Source: Rhodothermales bacterium (lineage in GTDB: Bacteria; Bacteroidota; Rhodothermia; Rhodothermales; Bin80). Taken from it: a stretch of 64,000 nt of DNA. Below, piece by piece: positions 55,832 to 64,000 of this stretch. The translations under genes were made by a program, and so were the position numbers. How positions within the stretch are numbered: position 1 is the first letter of the stretch; each line of letters begins with the position of its first letter. The notes under the pieces are model-generated. The model saw nothing but the letters and a program-made list of their open reading frames with translations, ran no database searches and had not been told where the DNA came from. Location: positions 3,378,457 through 3,442,456 of the forward strand of contig OZ253559.1 of the NCBI GenBank assembly GCA_965262785.1, given 5' to 3'.

Positions 55832-56770
55832 AATAGAATTCCGATGATGCTTGCCTGCGCGTGTGCTTGTACCAGGGGAAGCAGCAGAATGAAGGGCAGA
55901 TTGCAAGAAATTCGATGCCGCAATCTCCACCTCAAGGATCACTCTGCCGACGTACCGCATCAGGCATCACGTGCAAGATACAGGGGCCATACATAGTAAG
56001 GGCGCTTCCGAATGGCTGCAGTCCTGAGTCGCCCTACTCGGCGCCTCGGGCCAGCGGGTTGCTCGAGTGCCTCTCATAGGCCATTCCTGAGAATCCACAA
56101 CGTCCCTTGATCAGGAATACATTAGATTGAATTCAGGCTATCTACGCAGCTAAATGCCAATCTACTTGAATGACACCAAGGTGTTGACCACGATCGCTTT
56201 GCTGGCCTCTTTGATGGGTCGTAGCCTCATGCCAGCGTTCTGCGCTCTCTGTTTCCCTTTAACCTCCCTAGGTACTCACGCTCACCGAAGCTGTCCAATT
56301 CGGCGACGAAGCGGCAGACGAACCGATGTCATTTGACAACGTGTATAATGCAACTGATGATTCAAGGCATGCGTGCGGTGGTGTACACCCCGGCCCGCCG
56401 AGAGTGCCTCGTAGGCCGGGCGGGACATGGAGAATAGGCCTACCTTTTTGTCGTAGTTGTACCCCCGCCGGGGAGTGCGCTTTCTGACCAGTCCATACGT
56501 CACCCACTCCCTGCCTGGTTGATGGGAGTGGGTACCGACTATACCACGGAGCCGCAGGGGTCAGGCGACCGCACAGGCTACCATGAGGCAGGCCACCTCG
56601 GGAAGTTCCGCTGCGGACCGGCACGTGCCGCGCTCCTCTTTGTCGCCGGCCGCTATCTCACCTTTGCGGTCTCTCGACGTGGTACGCTGCGCGATGAAGA
56701 CGCTGGCGATTCCTGGAACAGACGATGTTGCCATCCGCCACGGTGGCCGTGCTACCGATGCGGGAGCGGC

Positions 56771-57315
56771 TTACGCGGGCGCCTGCCAACGATGGGGCAA
56801 CAGCTCGTGGACCCGCTTTGCACGATGCGTCGGGATGCGGGCCAGCACATCGCTTAGCCAGTCCGGGGGATTGACGTCATGCTGCTTGCACGTACCCAAG
56901 AGCGAGTAGATCACTGCGGCGCGCTGGGCCGCAATATGCGAACCCGCAAATAGGTAGTTCTTGCGTCCCAGGACGATGGGACGGATGGCATTTTCCACTC
57001 GGTTGCTATTCCCAGTTGCGGAATGCGACGGAGGTGGACCTGTCGCAGCGCGGGCAGGCCGCAGCAGATCAAACTGGCACGGCTGTCGAAGTAGTAACGA
57101 TCACGCATCCGTTCCATCCGTGGCGTGGCCAGACGCTTCGCGTCCACTTTTGCCAGCGTGGAGGACGGGAGCCGAGGGTGCGCTGTGTAGTGGATGCCGA
57201 ACAGGCGCAGGCCGCACCCTGGAATAAACCCTCCGTTCCACGCCGATCGCCCCAATCCGTAGCCCACGCGGAGGCAGCACGGATACTGGAAACAGCCGGT
57301 TCGCAACACCAACAC
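56771..57315 (-). pseudogene. IS66-family transposase C-terminal remnant (frameshifted)
   Basis: One frame is open from 57100 to the stop at 56771: ..TGNSNRVENAIRPIVLGRKNYLFAGSHIAAQRAAVIYSLLGTCKQHDVNPPDWLSDVLARIPTHRAKRVHELLPHRW. This matches the IS66 C-terminus (..DNN.aENaIRPiaLGRKNwLFaGS..gg.raA..ysLi.Tak.ngvdP..wL.dvL.ri......i.eLLPw.w). Upstream pieces (57100..57315) are only weakly similar and lie in another frame. Confidence 0.6.
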
Positions 57316-57509
57316 CCATTACCTTGCCAACTAGTCCACTCTACCTGATAAAAACCACGAGCAATAAACCACAAGGCTGGGGGGCACCACCTCAATGGAG
57401 CATAAACGAGGACGTCGGTTTGGCAACTCTTAGAATTGAGGTGGATCAGCTTGAGGCGCACAACAACTGCAAGCCGTTTCTGGGATCCCTGACCTGGTGG
57501 TCGATCAGG

Positions 57510-58718
57510 CTAGTCCAGGATTTCGTAGCCTACCACGATTGGATCACCTGATTCATTGCGATCGCTGCCGTAGATGCGGCCGGATTGCACCACGCTCAAG
57601 TCGAAGGTTGCCGGCAGGACGGCCGTCCCCGTTGCTCGACCATTCGAGTCGATAACAAGCCAGCTAGTCCATTCGTCCTCATCATTCTCGACGAGCTTAA
57701 GCCAAACGGCTCCCCGATCATCTACGACAAAAGTCTCGTAGACCGGCCAGGTATCGTGCAGGCCTCCTGCAGCGAGCCTTTTCCGCATCTCGTCGGAGCC
57801 ACGCGCAAGGGCCGCGCGCCGATCTGCAGGGGTTACGCTCCGAGGCCGCTGTGGGTATGTGAACTCGTGAAGGGCTGTCCCGTCCAGGCTGAGAACCTTG
57901 ATGTCGATGGCATCATTCCAGCCAGAATACAGCGCATGGTCCGAACTCATGCGAATGGTGGAACTACGCCCGAAAGGAAGCGCCTCGTTACGCCGGAATT
58001 CGGGCGTGACAGTAACAAAGTCTTCTCCTTGCTCAACAGTCAGCAGTGATTCGGAAATGATGTCCCCGTTCCAGTCCACAAGCCGAACATCGGATAATCG
58101 TCTCTGGTTTTCTGTGCCCTGTCCTGTAGACCGACCATAGCGAAAAACGAGCGACGCTGACGTTACGCCAAGAAGCTCTCGCGCGCTACCCGGCCCACTT
58201 CGCTGGATAGGCAAGGTATAAGCGAATCTGTACTGCTGCGGCTCATATACTGTAAGGTCCAAGTCCCAACTGTCATACACGAATAGGGAATCGGCCGGGC
58301 CGGAATGAATGTTTGATATGGCACTATACTCGCCTGGAGCGTCTCCCCTGCTCCCCAGGGTCGTCAGGAGCCTGCCGTCTTCGGAGAACACGTAGACCTT
58401 CGGATCCTGGCGCTCTCCAACGAAGACGCGGCCAGTACCACCTACAGCAATGGCAGAGATTGAGCCGAAAAGGGTCGAATCCCTGTTCGCTTCTTCGCCC
58501 AGTCGCATGAACTCCACGACTTCAATACCTGGTAAATCCTGGCTCCCTCCCTCGATGCTGCAGGTCATCCCGTACGCATCTGCGCCGCAAATCAGGAGCG
58601 TAATGGCCATCACCCATCCGACAGAAGCTACCCGGCCGGCATCGGGCCCGGCAACCCTAATGCGGAGAGGCCTGAGTCGCATGCATGAAGGACATAGACT
58701 GCTTAACCGAATCGTCAT
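57510..58718 (-). CDS. 6-bladed beta-propeller (NHL-like) protein, third paralog
   Basis: 402-aa ORF. ..FGSISAIAVGGTGRVFVGERQDPKVYVFSEDGRLLTTLGSRGDAPGEYSAISNIHSGPADSLFVYD.. parallels 1..1199 and 1589..2761. The true start is probably an internal Met (e.g. MAITLLICGADAYGMTC). Confidence 0.75.
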   Translation of the reverse strand: MTIRLSSLCPSCMRLRPLRIRVAGPDAGRVASVGWVMAITLLICGADAYGMTCSIEGGSQDLPGIEVVEFMRLGEEANRDSTLFGSISAIAVGGTGRVFVGERQDPKVYVFSEDGRLLTTLGSRGDAPGEYSAISNIHSGPADSLFVYDSWDLDLTVYEPQQYRFAYTLPIQRSGPGSARELLGVTSASLVFRYGRSTGQGTENQRRLSDVRLVDWNGDIISESLLTVEQGEDFVTVTPEFRRNEALPFGRSSTIRMSSDHALYSGWNDAIDIKVLSLDGTALHEFTYPQRPRSVTPADRRAALARGSDEMRKRLAAGGLHDTWPVYETFVVDDRGAVWLKLVENDEDEWTSWLVIDSNGRATGTAVLPATFDLSVVQSGRIYGSDRNESGDPIVVGYEILD

Positions 58719-58942
58719 TGGGGAATGCGTGAATTAAATGGCAGCTTATAGACTCTGTCTCGTAGAAGATAGCCATGTTGGCGAAACATACCTGTAGCGA
58801 ATGGACAAGCGAGGCGTTACTGGATAGCACAATCCGGGATTGATATCTGTTCGCATTGGCCCGTACGCGAGCAGCCTATGGGAGCTGCTCCCGTCCAATT
58901 CACGGCAGTGGCTGGATAGGGATAACATCTGTTTTGTGATCG

Positions 58943-59206
58943 ATGCGATTCCGCAACAGCCGCCGATGCCGGAGTTCAATTAGGACTACGACGGTGATGG
59001 CCGCACCGCCTCGTGTTGACCTTGAGCCCAAATTCAAGGACGTACCGGAGTCTTTTGAGACCAAAAAAGAGTTGACAGTGGAAACTCCCAGGAAGCTTAG
59101 AGAAGGCAGCGGTGCGGTGGTGGTTCGTGCCAATGCTCTTCTTCTCCCGTCCGCCAAGGAGCCCACAACTACGACCACACGCTACTCGCACTACATGTCC
59201 GAGTAG
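58943..59206 (+). pseudogene. N-terminal remnant of a second HEPN (RiboL-PSP-like) gene, paralog of 45171..45800
   Basis: 59015..59161 translates to VDLEPKFKDVPESFETKKELTVETPRKLREGSGAVVVRANALLLPSAKE. The 45-kb copy reads IDLETNLKDVAELIEAHKELTGGKRGKPREGKGAAVVRSGVVLLLAAVE. About half the positions are identical by eye. The HEPN Rx4H part is absent. Confidence 0.45.
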
Positions 59207-59391
59207 GGCAGCGAAGTAATCGGAATTGGAGCGCCACTGGGGATCTGGTGAAGACACCAGGCGCACAGTGTGCCCAACAACACGTTGACGTGGGTGCTGA
59301 ATGACGATTCGTTCCATGACTTACTCATACGACCGCCACAGTTGCACAGTATTTGGCACTGAATTAGTCAACCCGGGACAATGTGCTTGCT

Positions 59392-61815
59392 TCAATTCGC
59401 TGAAGAGACGGGGCTGGACGCTGAGCCCTTCGACAGCACTTCAATGAAGCGCCGCGCCCGGTTACCACGATCATCCACCACCGTGAGCACGTGCGGGCCC
59501 TGACTCACATCCAGCGCCTGCTCGTGAAACACGTTCGTCGAGCCCACATAGCGGTTGTCGAGATGCCAGTGGAGAGTAGCACTAGGGTCCCGGTGCGCCG
59601 CCATAAAGACAGCCCGCCCCCTGCGCCCTCCGAGCTCCATGGGGATGTAGATGCGGGCCCCGGCAAGCGGGTAGACGAAGTCGACAGGACTCTGAACCGA
59701 TGCTTCCACCGCTGTGGCGGCACAGTCGACGCGATACCTGGGCAAAGTGCGGTATGCCTGATTCCAACGCCGGTAGTATGCCTCCTGGGTGGGTGGTAGC
59801 ACGAACCAAGTCTCGCGGGACATGGCGTGTACGGATTCGCATCTTCCGTGCACGCGAAGGCCGCTGGCCGGATCAAGATGGACCATTCGGTGGTGCGGGC
59901 TCGGCTGCTCGAAGTGGCTGTCGCGCGGAGCCAAGGCGTACGCGGTATCGCAGTGCCCCGCTGCACGGTAACCGTCGGCCAGGCAAATCTTGACCTCCTT
60001 AAGATGCACCTGAGGCCTCCTAAACCAACCATCACTATCCAGTCTGCTTATGATGTCAAAAAGGACAGGCGCGGCAGCGCCGATCCCAGTCAGCTCGGGC
60101 CGACCCTTCCCACTTGCGTTTCCGGCCCAAACCCCCACCGTATATTGTGGCGTGATCCCCACCGCCCATGCGTCGCGGTGTCCGTAGCTCGTACCTGTCT
60201 TCCAAGCCACACGCTGTCCGTTTCCCAAGACGCGCCACTGCGAATCGACACCCGGGCGCACCACGTCTACGAGGGCTTCCAGGGTGAGCCACGCGGCCCC
60301 AACGCTCAGCGTTGCACTCGCGTTGCCTATGTGATGCTGATTCGCTCCCTGCCCGCGCTCACCCCCCGGCTGGTCCACCAGCACCCGCGGATGCAGTGAT
60401 CTCAAAGCTGGACTCCTCCCCACCGTACCCCCGATCCGGGCCATGTTTGCGTACATTGACGTTACGTCCCAAAGGGTGCCTTCCGCTCCACCGAGCACAA
60501 GGGTCAGCCCGTAGTCACCGGGAGGACGGTAGAGGGTCGTCATCCCCATCCTGCGCAAGAAGTCGTAGAAGCGGTCCACGCCGTGGCGACGCAGCATCCA
60601 GACCGCAGGTACGTTCAGCGATCTGGCGAGCGCCGTCTTGGCCGGGACCGCCCCCCGAAATTCCCGGTCGTAATTCTCGGGCGCATATCCAGCAAACTGG
60701 GACGGAATGTCGGGTACGAGAGTTTCGGGCAGGATCTCCCCCGCATCCAGCATTCGTGCAAAGAGAAGAGGCTTAAGGATGCTCCCAGTACTACGGGGGC
60801 GGTGGACCAGGTCGATTGCATAACCTGTGCCCTCAGCGGCCCCCCACTTACTGTTGCCAACGTACGCGACTACCTCGAAGGTGCGGTTGTCGACTACTAG
60901 CGCAGCCAGATGTTGGACACCTCTGGAGGCCAGAGGATGCGCCTGGCGACCCACGATATCGGAAGCCAGCCGTTGCAGTGATGGGTCAAGGGTGGTCAAG
61001 TAACGGCGGCCCGTACCTCCATCTCTCGTCGCGAGGGTCTGCAGAAGGTGAGGAGCATGCTGCGGGAGCGGGCGAGGGTCAACCGGGAGCGGCTCGAGCA
61101 AGGCAACCTCCAGCTCCTCCTGGTCGAACGCGCCTGATTGCCGCAAGCGGCGCAGCAACACATCTCGCTTGTCACGCAATGCGGCGCGGCCTCTCCCCGG
61201 GTGGACGGCGCCGGGGCTGTTCGGGAGGACAGCAAGCATCGCGGCTTCCGCCCAGGACAGATCGGCGGGTCCCCTGCCGAAATAGCGCCACGCAGCCGCC
61301 TCCAGCCCTACAACGTTACCCCCGAAGGGTGCATGGGCAGCGTACAGCGCGAGCACTTCGTCTTTGTCAGTGCTGAATTCAAGACGGACTGCCAGTGCGA
61401 CTTCAATCAGTTTCTCTGCGTACGTGCGGCGCGGGGAGCCGCGCGCCATGCGGATCACCTGCATCGTAATCGTACTGCCGCCGCTAACTACCTTGCGCGC
61501 TTGGAGGTTGGCCCACGCCGCACGGCCCAGCGCTAGCGGGTCGAACCCGGGGTGCCAGCGAAAGCGTTTGTCTTCGAATGCGACAACGGCGGCCGCGAAC
61601 TTCGCAGGAACCGTGTCGCGCGCTGCGAAGCGCCACTGACCGTCCGACGCGATTCGCGCCCCCAATAGAGACCCGTCACGGGCTTCAAGGACGGAAGACA
61701 GCGGATCGTCGAAAAGCGGATCCGGAAGCCGGATTCCAACAGCCACCAAAGCCATCATAAGGACGGCGGCTGCGCACGACCAGACCGCTAATCGCCGCTG
61801 TTGCATAGGATTCAC
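59392..61815 (-). CDS. pbpC: penicillin-binding protein 1C (glycosyltransferase + transpeptidase-like)
   Basis: 807 aa. Transglycosylase motifs ..AFEDKRFRWHPGFDP.. and ..GGSTITMQ... Transpeptidase SxxK ..STGSILKP... C-terminal PBP1C-type domain. Located directly downstream of an alpha-2-macroglobulin gene, as is typical for pbpC. Confidence 0.9.
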   Translation of the reverse strand: MNPMQQRRLAVWSCAAAVLMMALVAVGIRLPDPLFDDPLSSVLEARDGSLLGARIASDGQWRFAARDTVPAKFAAAVVAFEDKRFRWHPGFDPLALGRAAWANLQARKVVSGGSTITMQVIRMARGSPRRTYAEKLIEVALAVRLEFSTDKDEVLALYAAHAPFGGNVVGLEAAAWRYFGRGPADLSWAEAAMLAVLPNSPGAVHPGRGRAALRDKRDVLLRRLRQSGAFDQEELEVALLEPLPVDPRPLPQHAPHLLQTLATRDGGTGRRYLTTLDPSLQRLASDIVGRQAHPLASRGVQHLAALVVDNRTFEVVAYVGNSKWGAAEGTGYAIDLVHRPRSTGSILKPLLFARMLDAGEILPETLVPDIPSQFAGYAPENYDREFRGAVPAKTALARSLNVPAVWMLRRHGVDRFYDFLRRMGMTTLYRPPGDYGLTLVLGGAEGTLWDVTSMYANMARIGGTVGRSPALRSLHPRVLVDQPGGERGQGANQHHIGNASATLSVGAAWLTLEALVDVVRPGVDSQWRVLGNGQRVAWKTGTSYGHRDAWAVGITPQYTVGVWAGNASGKGRPELTGIGAAAPVLFDIISRLDSDGWFRRPQVHLKEVKICLADGYRAAGHCDTAYALAPRDSHFEQPSPHHRMVHLDPASGLRVHGRCESVHAMSRETWFVLPPTQEAYYRRWNQAYRTLPRYRVDCAATAVEASVQSPVDFVYPLAGARIYIPMELGGRRGRAVFMAAHRDPSATLHWHLDNRYVGSTNVFHEQALDVSQGPHVLTVVDDRGNRARRFIEVLSKGSASSPVSSAN

Positions 61816-61821
61816 CGGTTC

Positions 61822-64000
61822 TCAGCGTGCTGCCTCGACCACCTCTACCCACATCCCCTTGGCACCCCCTTGGATAGCGGCATCGTACATGGCTTCGACG
61901 GTAATGGAGGGCAGATAGTACTTGCCGAGATAGGCGGCATTGAACCGCAGGCGTACGACTTGCGAATGCCCGTCGTCGAGCGAGAAGTACGTGAGAACCC
62001 GATCGTCGCGCACATCCTGGTAGCTAATCCACTGATCCGTCAGAATTTCGTCGAAATCCATCCTCTCGTTGTGGATCTCCCAGCCCGATGGCACTGCGTA
62101 CTCCAGCGCCAGATCGCTTACGTCTCGGCCCGATTCATTGAGGACGGTAACGTTGGCATACAAGTCCGTGCCCTGCAGGACTTGGGAGACGTCAACGCTC
62201 TCACCATCGCGGTCCGTGTACTCCACCTGTAATTTCAGCCCGGCCGACGATGCCGTCTCCTCCCCCGCCGCAGGCGACCCCCGCCTCGTCAGAGTAACGA
62301 AGAGGGGCGAGTCCGAGGTGTTTACCACCTCCACACTTCCGCCCTGCTCGGCCAGGCCCGCGAGCTCTTCAGAATAGACAGGGGACGACGATCTGACTGA
62401 CTCCGCGTTGGCTCCTGCCCGGCGCTCGAATGTGAACTCCTCGGACGCGCCCTCCAAGCCGAAGAAGCGTGTCATCGCAAAGAGCGCGTAGGCGATGGAG
62501 TGCGTGCTGTGCCAAGTGTCCGAATAGAGTTTGTCAGAGATGTCCTCTGCCACTCGACTCGCTTGAGAATCACGGCCGAGCCTGACCAAAGCGTCCAGCA
62601 GGATACCACTGTCCCGCAGCCAAGAGCCCATGCTCCACCCGGCCGCCTGATACTCGGCCGCCGTGTCGTTTCCCAGGATGAGGCGGGACGCCGTAGCCTC
62701 TATCCCGGCCAGGCTGTAGGCCGCCGCGAGGTGCCAGCGGGCCGCGTCTTCGATGTGCCCAGACTCCCGCAGGCGATTCATGGCGCCGATCTCGTACGCG
62801 CCGGCGAGCGCCAGGGTATACAGCCGGTAGGCCTGCTCCATTGCCGGAGTGTCGCCAAGGCGTCTCCACGACCGGGCACGGAGCCGCTGGTGCGACTTCC
62901 AGATCGACGTGGCTGACGGATCGACGTAGAAACCAAGACGCTCCGCTTCGATCAGGAAGTGACCTGCGTAGTTCGTGGCCCATCCATTGCGTGCACCTCT
63001 TCCTGAGTGGTCGCCGGGCCAATAGGAAAAGGCGCCCGATGGAAGCTGGAAACGCCGCACGTGTTCAATGCCATCACGCACGCTCTCCTCCATTCGGGAA
63101 CGGTCAGCGGGACCCAGGTAGACCAGTGACGGCAAATATAACTGCGGAAAGACAGCCGAAACGGTTTGCTCAAGACATCCGTGCGGGTACCGCTCCAGGT
63201 AGCCTAGACGTTTCTCGAGGTTAAGTGGGGGCCGGGGCGTCACTTCGAGCGTAGCCCGGTTAGTCCCGGGGATCCCATGAGGCTGCACATCCGCCTCCCA
63301 CCGTTCCCCAGGCGCGATCTGCGCCGTCAAGAGCCGCGTAGTGACGGGATTGGGAGTTCGAACATCCAGGGCAATCTCCGACTGCGAGGAGTGCTCTCCG
63401 GCCACTGCGGTGAATCGCAGCAAGCCTTGGCCGGGCCGCTCGCCTGCACGGATGAACAGCCGGGCCATACGTTCTTCGGCGCCGTCGAACCGCACCGTTG
63501 CGCTGCTGCTGCCCACGACCTCAAACTGTCGGCCGGGATCCAGAGTGACGGTAGCCTGGTCGATGCCGTCCGCCATCGCAAAAAGCGACACCGGAACTGC
63601 GATTTCCTCTTCGGGGCCGACGACTCGCGGAACGGTGGCGAGCATCGAAAGCGGCTGCCGGACGAAGACGGATTCCGATGCCGAGCCGTAGGCGCCTTCG
63701 TGGCCCGCGACGACCATCACCCGCACCTGCCCGATGTATTCCGGGATGTCCACCGAGTGCGTACGGCGACCATCGGGCCGGAGGGTGAATGGCCCCATGA
63801 AGCGCACGACAGGTGGAAACCGGCTGCGCTGCTCGTCTTGCAGGACAGCCGCGTCGTCACCGCCAATGGCGAGTATTCGCTCCAGCTCCGCGCCGTACGC
63901 ACCGGCCACGTCGTCGAAAATGTCCCACGTGGCGACTCCGAGCGCCTCCTTGCTGTAGAAGTAGTCGTAAAGGTCCAGGGCCTCGAAATTGGTAAGGCTC
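61822..64000 (-). CDS. bacterial alpha-2-macroglobulin family protein, 5'-partial (continues beyond window end)
   Basis: The ORF track starts it at GTG 63909. I translated the frame through 63999 and it stays open (..NFEALDLYDYFYSKEALGVATWDIFDDVAGAYG..). The thioester motif ..YPHGCLEQTVSAV.. (CxEQ) is present. Confidence 0.9.
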   Translation of the reverse strand, partial: SLTNFEALDLYDYFYSKEALGVATWDIFDDVAGAYGAELERILAIGGDDAAVLQDEQRSRFPPVVRFMGPFTLRPDGRRTHSVDIPEYIGQVRVMVVAGHEGAYGSASESVFVRQPLSMLATVPRVVGPEEEIAVPVSLFAMADGIDQATVTLDPGRQFEVVGSSSATVRFDGAEERMARLFIRAGERPGQGLLRFTAVAGEHSSQSEIALDVRTPNPVTTRLLTAQIAPGERWEADVQPHGIPGTNRATLEVTPRPPLNLEKRLGYLERYPHGCLEQTVSAVFPQLYLPSLVYLGPADRSRMEESVRDGIEHVRRFQLPSGAFSYWPGDHSGRGARNGWATNYAGHFLIEAERLGFYVDPSATSIWKSHQRLRARSWRRLGDTPAMEQAYRLYTLALAGAYEIGAMNRLRESGHIEDAARWHLAAAYSLAGIEATASRLILGNDTAAEYQAAGWSMGSWLRDSGILLDALVRLGRDSQASRVAEDISDKLYSDTWHSTHSIAYALFAMTRFFGLEGASEEFTFERRAGANAESVRSSSPVYSEELAGLAEQGGSVEVVNTSDSPLFVTLTRRGSPAAGEETASSAGLKLQVEYTDRDGESVDVSQVLQGTDLYANVTVLNESGRDVSDLALEYAVPSGWEIHNERMDFDEILTDQWISYQDVRDDRVLTYFSLDDGHSQVVRLRFNAAYLGKYYLPSITVEAMYDAAIQGGAKGMWVEVVEAAR

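Noticed and set aside
56282-56503. 73-aa minus-strand ORF (..TYGLVRKRTPRRGYNYDKKVGLFSMSRPAYEAL..) and a nearby short frame ending ..RLRPIKEASKAIVVNTLVSFK, considered as transposase fragments.
   Set aside because: I could not match them convincingly to any IS family from memory, so they are left unannotated.

Overview
64-kb window from a high-GC bacterial chromosome. I cannot assign the organism. The gene content (PSCyt/DUF1549/DUF1553 + DUF1501 pairs, 6-bladed beta-propeller lipoproteins, pbpC next to an alpha-2-macroglobulin) fits Rhodothermota/Bacteroidota-, Gemmatimonadota- or Planctomycetota-like genomes. High-GC housekeeping blocks alternate with AT-richer accessory patches. Spot counts on single 60-nt lines gave 40/60 G+C at 29521 and 30/60 at 20281. 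Core blocks: sugar/polyol oxidoreductases (3.1-5.4 kb); a mixed hydrolase block (12.6-17 kb); an eight-gene, tightly coupled operon of three PSCyt-DUF1549/DUF1553 + DUF1501 pairs, a membrane cytochrome-c/LRR protein and a sulfatase (28.8-45.1 kb); and pbpC with an alpha-2-macroglobulin (59.4-64 kb, running off the window). Accessory content: three apparently complete IS elements with inverted repeats I could read directly (a Tn5-like IS4 member with a DUF4338 N-terminal domain, an IS1634-like element, and an unusual two-ORF IS256-like element), plus IS1595 and IS66 remnants. There are also at least three defence-type loci: (a) an SMC/ABC-like ATPase plus a small PD-(D/E)xK-like protein at 8.3-10.3 kb; (b) a Type ISP restriction-modification enzyme followed by an ATPase-DUF4435 (OLD/PARIS-like) fusion at 19.7-26.5 kb, with a DUF433/DUF5615 toxin-antitoxin pair nearby; (c) the most interesting locus, a five-gene translationally coupled operon at 48.1-52.6 kb. 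That operon encodes a triple ubiquitin-like protein, an E2-like protein, a JAB-E1 fusion, a Cys/His-rich DUF6527-like protein and a second ATPase-DUF4435 fusion. It is flanked by IS elements and an amber-interrupted HEPN gene. I found no rRNA, tRNA or CRISPR array by eye, but I cannot exclude small RNAs without tools.
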